DNA from: Ancylonema sp.
Lineage: Eukaryota
Length of the DNA: 64,000 nucleotides
Direction of reading: 5' to 3'
Assembly (NCBI GenBank): GCA_050230475.1
Contig: JBFLGF010000023.1
Span: forward strand, 1-64,000
A program made the translations under genes and the position numbers. The notes under the pieces are model-generated. The model was given only the letters and a program-made list of their open reading frames with translations. It had not been told where the DNA came from and ran no database searches. Position 1 is the first letter of the stretch, and every line of letters starts with the position of its first letter. This document shows positions 26,428 through 40,311 of the stretch, piece by piece.

Positions 26428-28180
26428 AAACATTGTTGGCATCTATCCACACAAAATTGCCTAGACATCAAGCATGCGTGAGAGAGTAATCTTTCAAACC
26501 TACCCACTAACCACAACACTATCCACAATCCTAGTCACATTGTGCTAGGTACGTTGTGTCATTCTTAGTGGCCTAGATGTCTTGATGTCCAAGGCACATG
26601 GTCGATCGGTTAGATACGCAATTGAATAAATGAATGGCTACTTCTGTCCTACTATTCTATCCTCGACTCACGACGCAAGGTCTTGAAGGTAGTGGTTCAT
26701 TGTTGAGTGTGTCTACGAAGTGGTTGTCTAGTGTATGTCCAGATCAATCCCAACCACGACCCCAATTTCAACCCCAATCTATCTACAAGGCCACGACAAC
26801 AGCGTTGTCCTCCTGCACGGAGTAGGAGGCGAAAGTACAGTCCGGGGTGAGGACATTGGAGGTGACGTAGTCTTTGAGTGGCTCTCCGTCAAGGAAGCCC
26901 TTTCCAGAGGCCGCATCGGCAACCACGGGGGCCTTCAGGAGGGCCGCAAGCTCGGAATACTTGGCCGCCCTCTCGGCGTGGTCTCGGCGGTAGGTCTGCC
27001 CCAGCACACCGTGGATGGCGTCAGTTTTCTGCACCTCGTTGATGCCCAGATTGAAGTGTGCCTCCGCGTCGGTGGGGGACTGGAGGAGGGGGTTGGCCAC
27101 GCGCATGCGCACGGACATGTCCAGGAGACCCACAATCTTGAGGGAGAACACGTCGACGTCGAAGGGGCCGCTCTTCTCAAGACCGACCAGGGCCAGGGAG
27201 AACCCGCCCGCTGCGGAGAGGGTTTGTCCAACCGCGGGCACGCTCAAGCTCTCGCCATCGACCTCGATGGCAGCCAGGAACCCAGCCCCGCGGGTCTGCT
27301 CGANAAACATTGTTGGCATCTATCCACACAAAATTGCCTAGACATCAAGCATGCTTGAGAGAGTAATCTTTCAAACCTACCCACTAACCACAACACTATC
27401 CACAATCCTAGTCACATTGTGCTAGGTACGTTGTGTCATTCTTAGTGGCCTAGATGTCTTGATGTCCAAGGCACATGGTCGATCGGTTAGATACGCAATT
27501 GAATAAATGAATGGCTACTTCTGTCCTACTATTCTATCCTCGACTCACGACGCAAGGTCTTGAAGGTAGTGGTTCATTGTTGAGTGTGTCTACGAAGTGG
27601 TTGTCTAGTGTATGTCCAGATCAATCCCAACCACGACCCCAATTTCAACCCCAATCTATCTACAAGGCCACGACAACAGCGTTGTCCTCCTGCACGGAGT
27701 AGGAGGCGAAAGTACAGTCCGGGGTGAGGACATTGGAGGTGACGTAGTCTTTGAGTGGCTCTCCGTCAAGGAAGCCCTTTCCAGAGGCCGCATCGGCAAC
27801 CACGGGGGCCTTCAGGAGGGCCGCAAGCTCGGAATACTTGGCCGCCCTCTCGGCGTGGTCTCGGCGGTAGGTCTGCCCCAGCACACCGTGGATGGCGTCA
27901 GTTTTCTGCACCTCGTTGATGCCCAGATTGAAGTGTGCCTCCGCGTCGGTGGGGGACTGGAGGAGGGGGTTGGCCACGCGCATGCGCACGGACATGTCCA
28001 GGAGACCCACAATCTTGAGGGAGAACACGTCGACGTCGAAGGGGCCGCTCTTCTCAAGACCGACCAGGGCCAGGGAGAACCCGCCCGCTGCGGAGAGGGT
28101 TTGTCCAACCGCGGGCACGCTCAAGCTCTCGCCATCGACCTCGATGGCAGCCAGGAACCCAGCCCCGCGGGTCTGCTCGA
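26428..28180. repeat. 876-bp near-identical direct duplication flanking a single N (probable assembly overlap)
   Basis: 26428-27303 matches 27305-28180 (offset 877); N at 27304; at least one substitution seen (CATGCGTG/CATGCTTG). Confidence 0.9.
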
Positions 28181-30246
28181 TGCCAGATCGGGCCACCATG
28201 TGCACCTTGTGCTCCACCCCATCGACGGTCCAGATGAACCCGACCTCGCGGATCCAGGTGCGGACGCCCTTGCCCTCGCTGATGACGGTGGCACTCTCGG
28301 TGCGGTTGTCCAGAAAACCGCGGAGAAGGATGTTGATGTGGAGGCGGGAGTCGGAGAGCAGGCAGAAGGACTTATCGGGCAGACCGCTGAAGTCGAAGTG
28401 GGTGCCTTGGGCGCCCAAAAAGTGAGGGTCATCTTGCACGTTGGCGGAGGGGTTGCACCCGCCACCGATGCTGTGAAAGGATAATAACCAGTGTCAGGTC
28501 CAGGTTTCTTCATGGAAGGAAACAGGCACGTAGAAAAGAAACGCAGGGCAGGATTGGCACGAATGCTCGCTCGCTCGCAACGTGAAGCGAAAAAAACGAA
28601 AAATGGATGTAAGAATTCGACGGCGGGTGGAGGCATTGACCACTTACACGACCTGACGATTCTTGGCCTCTGTGCTGGTGCCGTACGTGATGGTGGGCTT
28701 GTCGCACAGCGTGCCAATGGAAGAGCGAAGGAGGTAGCAAGGCCTGCAGACGACATACAGCACAACACTCTCGGTCAATTCCTGTGGCCGATCACGATGG
28801 AACTCCCGTACGAATAATCGCAAAGCGAGGTTTGAAGTGATAAATGCACGCTAGCAACCAGGGATGCACCGGGACGGCAAAAATGTATGCAAACGCCGTT
28901 TTGCAAACGCGGACGTACGAAATACGTCCGTACGGCAAAAGTGTTGCAAACGTTTGAAAAACGTTTGCATTTTGCAAACGTTTTGCAAACGTTTGCATTT
29001 CGCAAACGTCCGCAAATTTACTCCTAGATAGGCCCGTTCCCAGCTAAGCCGTGAACCCATTATATCCGGTGGACTCTCTATTTTGTCGTACCCCCAGTTT
29101 GTCCCCGTCAGTTTTTGTATCCCCGTTTATGTCATCATTACATTTCCCCCGTGTTTTTCCTGTCCCCGTCGTTTTGTCCTATAGCACGTCCCTATTCTGT
29201 CGTGTCTTCGTCCGTTCCACCATCGTATCTTGGCCCGTAGCCCGTCTCCCGTTCGATCATAGATTATGTTTGTCGTGTGTGAGACAGAATCTTTCCAGTT
29301 TTCTGAAATATCTAGCATCTGACGGGTGAGCGTCGTTCACGACCCTGTCCCATCCCCCGATGCCGTCCGAATCCCCCCTGGCAGATTCTGTACACATTCA
29401 CGACCGAATCTACCTGTTTTTTTTTTTTCAAAAAAATCCGGAGTCACGGACATGTACGGACTGTACGAACGCAAACGTTTGCAAGCGCAAACGTTTGCAT
29501 CCGTACAGTCCGTACCCGTTTGCCGCATTTCCACGGCCGTATTCCGGACGTTTACGGGCAAATCCGTACGCCGTTTGCATTTGCCACGGCCGGCAGATTG
29601 CCCTCGGCCCCGTCCGGAAAACGTGCCGTACAGAAAACGGGCCCCGGCCCGGTGCATCACTGCTAGCAACAAGGTATCCAGGACGAAGCCAATTCAGTGA
29701 ACTATGACTCACTCTTTCAGGTACGGGATCCACTGCCCGAACGAGCAGCCAGCGGTCTTGGCGCATTTCTTGCAGCAGTCAGAGTAGGTACCGACGAATG
29801 TGGCTGCCAGCTTGCCGTCGGGGATGTCGACCTTCGTTGGCCTGCCGTCTTCGGCCCGTTTCAGATCCACGGTCTGAAAGAAGAAGGCATGCAAGACGTT
29901 AGTTCTGCGCCAGCACCAGAACTGCCAAGTATGCTAACGTTGATTCAGCCATACCCAGCCCCGCAAACCTGGCACACATCCTTCCTTTCAAGTCGAAACC
30001 AATTCACGTCCTCCCAAACCTCTCACTTCAATCCTTAGTGTGTACCGCAGTTGTTCCCTGCCAACTAACCCTGAATTTGAAGAGATGAGCGGCAGTAGGT
30101 CCGTCACACGCTTCCGTCGTGCATGATCCCTTGGCGAAGGTGGGGCATTTTGCAGCGTTGAATCCGATATTCGAGGGCATTTCAATGGCAGCGTTGACAA
30201 CTGAGGCGAAGGCACCGAGTGCCACGATAAGGATAGTGGGAGCCAT
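27660..30246 (-). CDS. Secreted protein: signal peptide, Cys-rich PAN/apple-like module, root-cap/LEA-type domain; exons 30246-30070, 29873-29713, 28743-28648, 28470-27660
   Basis: MAPTILIVALGAFASVVNA; spliced CCKKCAKTAGCSFGQWIPYLKEPCYLL; DDPHFLGAQGTHFDFSG, FCLLSD..LHIN, TWIREVG, AHFNL, IHGVLGQTYR, YVTSNVLTPDC; all junctions in frame. Confidence 0.85.
28859..29662. mobile_element. Non-autonomous hAT element (804 bp) in intron 2 of the secreted-protein gene
   Basis: TIR CAGGGATGCACCGGG / CCCGGTGCATCACTG; perfect 8-bp TSD CTAGCAAC; GCAAACGTTTGC and CCGTAC subterminal repeats. Confidence 0.93.
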
Positions 30247-30580
30247 TGTGTGCGAAGTCCTGCCGACGAAGGGATGGGAGGGTGTCTGTAGCGTCGATGT
30301 CTAATTGGTGGAGATCCTCAGGCTGCTGGTGTGCTCCTTCGATCTTCACTGGGCGTTTATATTGCATCATTCCCTGCTAGTATTACATAGGCAACAGAGA
30401 GTCCGCAGCAACAACGCTCAGGTGCGGCTAGCAGAGAAAAAGAGAGAGAAAGACCGCGGTTGGTCGCGAGACCGATTGTCAGAACACCTGAGCTGCACCA
30501 CGTTTGTTGTTCTCAGGTTATTGGAGAACACGTCAACACAAGAACCTGTTGAAATAAATCTTAGTTGCGTACTGGGCACC

Positions 30581-31670
30581 TAGTGTGCGGGGAGCCCAAA
30601 GAAACCCTGTGGACTCCGGGCTTCGCCGGAGCCGAGCCCAAGATCGCGGCTCGGAGCTCGGATGTGGCGATCAACGGAGAGTCCGGGAACCATGATCCGA
30701 GCCCGAAGCCCAAGATCCGGGCTTGGAGCTAACCCGGAGCCCGGCTCGGAGCCCAAATTTCAAAAATGAAAGGGAGGAAAAACTTATATGGATAATAAAC
30801 GTTTATTCGAGGACATTAAGTTTATAGGTAGGACACATCCGCTATGTACAATGATAGAAGTGTTATATGTATTTCTTGAATGTTGATTGAGTGTGATTAT
30901 TGTTGTATCATAAATATTATTTTAGTTTAATCTTTGTCATTGGTGAAATGCGACCGATTCATGTAAAGATCGTTAGTGAAGTAATTATTGATAAACTACT
31001 TGATCGGTGGTGAAATAAAATTTCCACTGAATTCATAATAGATCATGTATGAGACCACTTTTTATTCTTAATTTTGCGGATTTTTACAATCTCATCCACT
31101 GTATCCACATCGTTGACAAACATAACGCACTACCATTATTAATGTTGAACATAATGGAATTGTTGTGTCTTGTCCATCATTCACACCTGTATTATTACCG
31201 CCATGTCCTTCGGGAGATATCACATCATGCAATAGTGGCCGCGAGCATTTTTACATAGCGATTTCTTGAAGGGCAAATGTTTACATTGTCATACCTACAT
31301 CACTACCCTAATAGTGGCTCACGTCGCAACCATTCTACACATAAAATAAAAGTAGAATGATTTTTTTATATATAATTAAGCCACATCCGGAAAAAAAACT
31401 ACTCAGAAATATGATCCTCATCGAGGATCGATAGCGGTTGAATTTTGAAAGCATTTTTGTTGGCAGTAACATCTGGCTGTAGGATCCGTTTGTTTTTTCG
31501 TTTTTTTTCATGAATTTCTGGATTTTGGGCTCCGAGCCCGGATCTTACGCTCCGACACGGGCTCCGGCATTTGGCTCGAGGCCAGAGGAAAAAAACCCCT
31601 TTGGGCTTCGGGCTCAATGAGCTCGGATCTTCCTGGTTCCGGGCTCATTGGGCTCCGGGCTCCCCGCACA
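30581..31670. mobile_element. Non-autonomous TIR element (hAT-like), about 1.1 kb
   Basis: TGTGCGGGGAGCCC / GGGCTCCCCGCACA inverted ends; GAGCCC/GGGCTC subterminal arrays; AT-rich interior; no TSD recognisable. Confidence 0.72.
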
Positions 31671-31729
31671 AAGTACAAGAGCTGCACCCGACTGGGAGAT
31701 ATTCACTAACGTGCCAGCGTAGCAGTTGT

Positions 31730-34125
31730 ATGGCGGGTATGTATTCGCCATGTTTTGCTATGGACTATGCATCGTCCCCTGCGATTCGATGTTTTGAAAG
31801 GCATAGATTTGAACTGCACCTGCGCTCCATTTGGAACACGAAATCCGTGAGACTCTCAGCTCACTTCCCTGGCCAGAATGAACCCGACACTCCGTACGCA
31901 ATCAGCTTGCAGAATTCACAACCAATTTCTCAACCTTTTTCAACACCGCCCGGTAAGTCTGATCCTCCTGCCGGTATTGATCTTCAAGTCGTCCTTGAAG
32001 CTGACGCTGTAAGAAACGAAAGCCTGCGATGCTCTGCTCTGGTTGCACGGATGGGAAGAGGGGCAGTCTACCTGGGGTCATCTCGCATCGGCGAGAAGCA
32101 CCCCTTCTTTCACCGAGCTCAGGAGCTTAGTCGAAAGGTGCGCGTCGGCCGTACCATCGTTTCTCAAATCACATGGTAGGACAGAAAAGATTACAGCTGT
32201 TCCATTCAATCATGTTTCGTTCCGCCCTGTCTCCACTCCGTGCTGCCGCCCTCTACAAGGGTAGTCGAGCTTCGCGCCCCCTGGCCTGAATATCCAATGC
32301 TGGTTGGATAATCGGGCCATGCTTGAGCGTGTTCGCAATGAGGGTTTTTTTTTTTTTTTTGGCTTGATAAAACATATCCAAGTTACTGCCACTTCTTCGA
32401 GTGGGAAAATGGCTCCCGAAGAAAGAGGCGTGCATAGAGGCGCAACTGTGGCGAAAGTTGAAGAGACATGTGAAGACGATCCCCCTCGTTAACAAACATG
32501 AACACTCCATATAGTCTTCATGCTTCATGAAGCTTCAAGCATTCAAAGTTGCAAATCTAATCATTTAAGTAGAATCATGTGATCATGTATTTGTACACAT
32601 ATGCTTGTGCCCAAATGATACTCTCACCAGGGCAAACAATGCCCCCAAAATTGAGCACGTATGAATGTCACGGCATAATACGTACCAACCTCATATGAGT
32701 CATTTCTTTTGATAGTCCCCTCACAAGGAGGCATGATTCGATCATCCTCTTGTTGTATACGAAAGGAATGATTCGATCATCCCACGTGTCCTCCACCACC
32801 CCCCACCTGCGTTCAGGGTGCTCTCCTACTCGGCTGCACCACCTGGTCTGGCATTGGTCCAGGACTGATGGAGGCAGTGACACGTGGCGCTCTCGAGGCA
32901 GGCAGGTGAAACATTGTGGGTGGGAGACGGTGGAGAAGTACTCATTTCAAACGTGGATCTCGTCGCTAGGAATAATGTGTCACTACACTTTCAAACCATT
33001 CAATCCCACAAAGTCCACCTTTTCATTTGAAACAATACAAACTTTGTTCTTGATTGATGCATACGGCAAGAATGCAGAATATGTGACGAATAGAGAAGTG
33101 AGATGAAGCATCGAGGTGGTCGAAGGTGGAAGAAGTTTTTGGACCATACCTCCAACGCTCCTAGGTGTTCCACTGAGCCATATAGGCTCTTGGCAAGGGG
33201 ATGGAAGAGCACAAAGTATAACTTTCGCACTACAACTTGGGGCACCCGAGTTGTAATGATGCGTGGTGTGTAAGAATTGTGTTGTTACCAAGTGATGCAG
33301 ACCTGCGGCTGGGATGAAAATTATGCTTGAGGCTGGTGGCCAATCGAGGGCATCGTGGAATCACGCATATTTGCCATCGCATACCTACGTCACTTGTAGG
33401 TGTGCCTCGTGAAGGAGCACCAAAGTGCTAAAAACGCTCTTCATCACTCGTGGTGTTATATTAGGCGTACTGTTTCTTATATGGATGCAATTGTTGGGTT
33501 GTTCAAAGGTACCTACTATGTGGGTGAAGATAAGGTTTGTTGGTATCATCATTTCCCAAGTGAAGAAGCTTGCCTTACACATCATTTAAACGCTTCCCTA
33601 TGTTTGCATTATAGTAGGGATCCTTAGTTTTGCAAGGTCAAATGTAAATAATTTTTAATCTACACAAGATTCATAAAAACCAAGCCCTTGCATAAGTGCG
33701 TGTCATCGGTGATTCCTTGCTTTGACATTGTCAAGAGGTATTTTTAGACAGTATACTAAAGGAGGAGTGCACGTCGTAAACCCTTTTGCAGCTCTATCTC
33801 GGCCCGAAAAAAGGGCCTATTGGATGCGGGCACACGGCAACGCACTGAAGATGCAACTGCGTTTATCGCTCTTCCTGGAGGGATCGGGACATTGGACGAG
33901 TTATTCGACTTTTTGGCCCTAATGCAACTCGACAAGTTTGAGTCGAGTCATCGAGTACCATTTATTCTCATGAATTATGATGGATGTTTCGACGGTTTGA
34001 TCACATATTTTAGTGAAATGGAGAGTTTAGGCCTCGTGAACAATGGGGAGGTTGACAAGTTTTTACATGTGTCCGACAACAACAATGATGCCCTAGAGCA
34101 TTTGGCGGAATTTTACAATACTTAA
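31730..34125 (+). CDS. LOG-family (Lysine_decarbox-annotated) phosphoribohydrolase-like protein; exons 31730-32137, 32817-32905, 33301-33399, 33792-34125
   Basis: GRGAVYLGSSR, CTTWSGIGPGLMEAVTRGALEAG, SARKKGLLDA, ALPGGIGTLDE (PGGxGTxxE), VPFILMNYDG; in-frame GT-AG joins; start codon uncertain, N-terminus may be a transit peptide. Confidence 0.88.
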
Positions 34126-34765
34126 AATGCAAAGTTCGAATGGTAGTTCAACAATGTCTAATATAAAATACAAAATACTTTAACCATCATGGTGATCCTT
34201 GATGTTTTCCGTCAACCTATCATGACGACCATGAAATTGATTATGACTTTTCACAACTTAGCCCCACCTCAGAAAAAAAACAGTTAGTGTTCTATACCTT
34301 CTAGGAAACCAAGAAGGCACTAAAGATCACGACGCTCATTAAAACAAAGTAGATTCATTTGATGCATTTTTTAACAGAGGGTGAAAGAATCTTTAAGTAC
34401 TAAAACAAATTGAAAGGCCACTAACGAGTTGTACGCGAACTTCTTACATAGTGATGAAAATATTTAGCATTGCTAGCCTATAGTCAACGATGGGGTTGGG
34501 GAGACTTGGTGTATCAATGTAAAAAACTAACGGCACATATCTTTTTAGCGAAGTTAAGATATTCGTTGGCCGCACCATAGAGAGTGTGATGCTTACCTGT
34601 TAAGAATAATTTTCATGCCTGACCCAGCCGGACCCTACTGGGAAGTCTCCAATGCGGTGCCAATCGGATTGGGCCCGATCTATATCGGAACATGATCGGG
34701 GATCAGGGGATCCGGACCCAACTATGGTTCTACGCACCACCCTAAACATATTTATTTGTCTCAAT

Positions 34766-34850
34766 CATAGTTGGTCCCCGAGCCAACAATTTTGCAAGCC
34801 AGCTCGGAGCCGGGCTCGCAAAATCCGCAAGCGGAGCGGGACGGACTATG
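34766..34850. mobile_element. 85-bp micro-MITE (hAT-like)
   Basis: TIR CATAGTTGGTCCC / GGGACGGACTATG; 8-bp TSD GTCTCAAT/GTCTCAAA. Confidence 0.75.
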
Positions 34851-35344
34851 GTCTCAAACTTGTTTAGATTTGTAGCATAGAAGGGTGCCTTTATCCTTGC
34901 TTGCATATCACCATCAGTGTTCTCAAGATAACTATCCTCTGGTAAGGCAGCCTTGCCCCCATCTTGGACCATTACCAATCAGCCCATGGTGTCTTTGGGG
35001 GTTAATGTGTAGAAAGTGTGTCCGTTGGAATCGTTATACAAAAAAATGATTGTGGCTCTTTGGTAGCACGAGAGAAATAAAACTTTTCGTCCCTCCTTTT
35101 TACTCTTGCATCAACATCTACTACGAAATACAGTGGCGCCTTTATCCGAGTCACATTTGTAAACTTCGAAACATAGTAAGTAGCATGCAACTTAGCAATA
35201 GCAAACATATGACTTCTTGAACCTTCCGCAGAGAAAACGAGCAACCAGAATAATGACTCCAACAAGCCTAAAGAGGTTATTAATGGGCACAAAGGGACGA
35301 GGTCACGTTTTAGCTGTTGCGTTGCATACGCAAACACCATGATT

Positions 35345-38300
35345 CTATAGGTCCGCGAAAACTTTGAAAATATCTCCGTGGATGTAATTATTGTCCACAA
35401 TGCTCACCAAAAAGTATGTGTCATGAATCTGCACAAAGCCCCAAAAATCGCAAAATCAAACTCACTACGCTGTCGCGCCACTACACAAGTTATGGCACAA
35501 AAAAACTCCCACATTCCCCATGACCAAAATTAATTTTGATCCCCTGACCTCCGATCCTTATCTGATTGGTACCAACTACGACTGCACACAACAAGAGAGA
35601 GTCCTCCACATCTGCAAAAAATCTATCACAAAAACGAACGAAACCTCCCCCCCCTCCCCTCTCCCCCCCCCTCCCCACCCTCTCCTCCCCAACTCACCTC
35701 CTGCAGAATCTTCTTCGACCCCTCCTCCCCCTCCCCGTACAACCCCTTCCACTCCCCCACCCACGCCCCAAACGCCTCCTCCTTCCACACCAAGAAGCTG
35801 GCAGGGTCCACAACCGAAGGCTGCACCACCTCCCTGGCGGGGAACACGCCCCAGGTAACCGCGTTCACATCCGTGGGGCCGTAATTGGACTCAGTCTCGC
35901 CCTTGGCGTTCACTGCGATGAATGTGAGGGAGGGGAAGGCAGGGCAGGAGGAGATGAGGGAGGCGAGTTTGGAGGGGGAGGCGAAGAATTCCACGTACGC
36001 CTTTTGGTACACGTAGCCGCCAGGTGGGCCCCAACCTGAAGGGGGACAGAGGGGGGGGGGTCGGTCAGTACGTCAGAGTTGACTCTGGTACAGTAAAGCC
36101 TCTTCTCTTGGTATGAGAATCAGGAAAAACATGCAAGAGTGTTTCTAAGAACGAATGTTTTCTATATGTACATCACATTTTATATGAGAAATTCCACCCC
36201 CCCCCAAATAAAAATGGGAATATTGCTTCAAGCGATCTATTCTTACAACTACTTTATGCACTCTTCTACAAGTCCTTCGATTCGTCCCAGAACCCTTCAC
36301 TCTTCCAACAACACACACCCCATCCCCCTTGCCACCTGGCACCAGATCTGGGCAGCCTGCCGGGACCCCCCCCCCCTCCCCCTGTTCGCCCCCTCACCAA
36401 CAGCGTGCGACGCGGACGGCTCCCCATTCACCGCCGGCTGACTGTTAATGGTCAGAAACCCGTTCTCGTTCATGGCCACAAGCTGCGAGTTGATTTTCGC
36501 CGTCTCCGGCTGCAGCCCCTCCACCTCCGACCAGGGGAAGCTCCTCACCTCCCCCTTGCAGTAGGCGGCGAAGAGTCGGTGCACGTCTTCCACCCCCCCC
36601 AGCTTCACCGCCCACTGCTCCTGCATCTTGCTGGTCCTTGTCTTCCTGCGGGCGAACTGGTAGTCGTTGAGTGTGCCGTAGCTGGGGCTGCGTGCGTCCC
36701 CCCAGCGGCCACGTGGGTACGTGTCCCAATCCGAGGTGCGGGAGATGTAGCTGCGGGGGCGGTTGGCCCTGGGGACAGGCACATGGGGGGGGGGGGGGAT
36801 GGGGGGGGAGTGAACAATTCTGAATAGGGCACCCTCTGTGTAGGGACATCTTCTGGAAAGGCACCAGATCTGGAACATGGAAATTACAAGAGCTGTGACT
36901 TCTACCCTCTATGAAGGCACTATGCTCTGGAAAATGGCCAACAAAAGGGTGTCTATAGAGAGGGCGGAATGTAGGCACAAGCATGGGTAGAGGCGTAGGC
37001 ATAGACAGTGGCAGTAGCATGGACGGATTGCCATAATCCGTCCACACAGGGCGTCAGCATCGTCCTGCACTGTGATTTAGACATGGGCAGGGGCGTGAAG
37101 ACAATCCGGCCGTAAGCATTGTGGTTGTTTTACCAGTGTATGGGGCGGACCTCCTCGCTGGCTCGTCGGTTATTGGTGGGGGGTCTCCAGGGGAGGGGGC
37201 GGGACACTTTGCTGATGTCCACCAAACCCAGGTTCTGGGAGAGAGGCAAAAAGGCAAAAAGAAAAAGGCAAAGAGGCGAAAATGCGAAAAGAAGGAGAGG
37301 CAAAGAGGAGGAAGAAAAAGGGGTGGTTATCCTCGGAAGTTTCCTGGTGGTTTCCGGTGGCGGGTCCAGAGTGCGATTTCCTTCTCCTGACCTGCAGGAT
37401 TCCGATGGCCGACTTCTCCAGGTTCAGTGTGTACAGGTGCAGCGTCAGAATGCCTGACGCCAGAATCTTTTTGCACATCTCCGTGGCGAGATGGATTCCG
37501 TACGCCTTCACCGCCTCGTCGTTGTCTTTGATGGGCTCCAGAGTCGTCAGAATCTCAGCAGGGACCTGCGGGGCAAAGGTCAACGGTCAGTGGTCAACGG
37601 TCAACGGTCAACGGTCAATGGTCAATGCAACGGTCGAAGGGAGCTCTCGGCATCACAAAGAGGGGTTTCAATGTCCGATGTCTACCAATCACCCCCATTC
37701 CTCCCTCACTCTGTTCCTCTTTGCCGCTGTACCCACAACATCAAAACTATCCAAATAATATTGAAGGACGCCAAGAGTAAGGAGCCTGCTGTTATATACA
37801 TTAGTGTACATGCATTGTGGTGGGAGGGGAGGGGATGAGTAGTGGCAGTGCTAAACAAGTGTCCACACCTGCTACTGCCCCTCACTCAAGTTCCACCCCA
37901 TATACACACTACTAGGTACGACCAGAGGATCAGTCGTAATTCACAGCCTTCCCCAACGATGCCTACACGACCACAGTATGCTTTCCCAGTGGTTGTGAAG
38001 GAGGTACAAGGTGGGGGGTATGGCTGCCTTGCCACAACGGTCTTTCAAAAACCAGCAAACAATGTTGAGAGAAGGAGATCTGAGTAGAGAAGGCATCCAG
38101 AAGATGCCTCCGCAGTAGTCAACCATTTGCGTTGACCAGGAAGGCATTCCCAGGTACAGCCACAGACATGCAACGAGCAGAAGTTGAGTTGAAGAAAAAC
38201 CGATCTGTTTTCTCTTTCGTCGCGCACCTTCGTCTTGCAGAATCCTGTCATCTTCTTGAACCCGCCATAGTTCCCGATGGGCATGATCCCGGGGATGATG

Positions 38301-40311
38301 GGCGCTGTGATGCCCATCTCCTTGCAGTCACTCACAAACTTTAGAAAGTTGTCGACGTCGTAGAAAATCTGCGTGATGATCAACTCGCCACCCGCGTCCA
38401 CCTGTGGCACCATAAAAAAAAAGGAAAAAAAAAGAATGACACAGAAATGGTGGCTTCACCTCCGATGTGATTCTCATTTATTCCCATTGGACAGAACAAG
38501 AATCTGCAATGTGTGGATGGGCCACGTCAGCAGAATCTATTTTGAGGGGTTCAGCAGCGGAAGCAGTACCTTCTGTTTCAGATATTTCAGATCCTTTCTG
38601 TACGAATCTTCAGTGGCAATTCCATCTGGACCAATCGCATCCGGATGAGCCTCTGCAAAGGGAACCTCGCGCAGATGGTATTGGTAGGTTAGCATGACCC
38701 CTTCCTAGGACTACACTTCAGCAGAGGCTGACAAGTGAGAGGGGCAGCAGCAGGAACGACAGACCTTCCTCGTTTAACTTTCACAAACTACGAATTGCTG
38801 CGATAGAAGAACAGTATGTGCTCCCGTATCTTGCGACCATACGTTCAATTCAACATCACAGAGGTGTGGGTTCTATATCGAGCAGAAGAGTAGTCGCCTC
38901 AGCAATGCAACGCGGTTAACGATTACTTCCATGAAAAAAACCACATCTGCCATGCACCCAGGGGAACCTACCCGGATATCCAGCCACTGTGATACCAAAG
39001 TAGTCACCATACTTTTTCCGGATGTGCTTCACCTGCATCACAATATCATAAACCGAAACATTGTTTACAGAAGACCATGGGATAACCATCTCGATTCTCA
39101 CTCTCCGCTCCTGGTGCAAAATCGCTGTTCATCGTCGGGCTGCGCTAGCCCCGCATTCATTCTAGAGAAGTACTAATTTTGCTGGAACAGGCTCTTGACG
39201 TCGAATCCTCAGGTATCGTAAAAGATTAGTTTTCTAACATATAAACAGCTGACATACAGCAGATTAAACATCGCATCTCCAGCAAAGCTGGCAGTAATGC
39301 TGGCTTTTGATTCATCGAGCTCAGTCTCAGAAAGTCCGGCTTACCAAATCCAGGGCACAAGAAAAGCCTCCCTCAACCGTTGTGAATTGGTCTTGACCAT
39401 GCGGCGGATCTCCTCTGAGAGCCAGCAGGTTCTGGATACCTTTCTCCTTGACTTGTTCCAAGGCTTCCTCGACCTTCTCTGCCGGCATGTTCGTGCATGT
39501 GATGTGCATGGACGTCTCCACACATACCTGAAATGTCTCCATCCCACTATCGCCTGGTTAAGATTGTTGTTCCACATACAGACATGAATAGACGATGTAT
39601 CCTCAATCCAGCTGGAATGCCACCGGAACTTCAGCGACATTGAAGGTGCCTTGCACATTCTCGAAGGATTTCAACGCTACCGCGTTGATGTCGTTACGAA
39701 TAAAGATTTAACGAGAAAAGAAGAAGAAGAAAAAAAAAGTATTTATGATGTTTTATTGGGCAAATGGAACTAGTGGTGTGACTTTAGCTTGAGTGGAGCT
39801 GCCTGATAGATGCGACACGACTCTCTATATGCATTGCACAAAGGTCTTCCACGCTTGTCGATGACATCCCTGGCATCCAACATTTCATGACCGCATTTAT
39901 GAAGCCAGGGGTTTTAAAAAATAAAATAAACGAAGACAGTGCAGGCCACTTGCACCGTGCCTCTACAATCTCAACTGACGAACCACTCCCACCAGGCGGA
40001 AGATGTCTCTACGGACTATTCGCACTGATTTGAAACAGTAGTCAGCACACTTCAAGCCCCAGCTGCACTACATGAACGTCTGTCGCACTGACCATGTTCT
40101 GCATCTTGTCTGCAATATCAAGCGTTAAGTCCGCAGTGGAGCCTCCAGCACCCCACGTAATATCACAAAAGCCTGGCTGAAGAGCGACTAGGCGATCCAT
40201 ACGATCGTACAGATTTTCGACACCCTCCTGTGTCTTCGGCGGAAAGAACTCGAAAGAAAACATGGGCTTCTTCTCATCGTATGCTGCCTTCACTTTGTCG
40301 ACGATCTTCAT
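35345..40311 (-). CDS. MTHFR: Methylenetetrahydrofolate reductase, multi-exon, catalytic plus C-terminal regulatory domain
   Basis: [118 protein letters not shown]; last exon 35428-35345 [15 protein letters not shown]...FADL*. Confidence 0.97.

Noticed and set aside
26428..28180. Tandem gene duplication of the root-cap-domain exon
   Set aside because: Near-identical copies meet exactly at an N and the first copy is cut mid-exon; typical unmerged contig or haplotype overlap.
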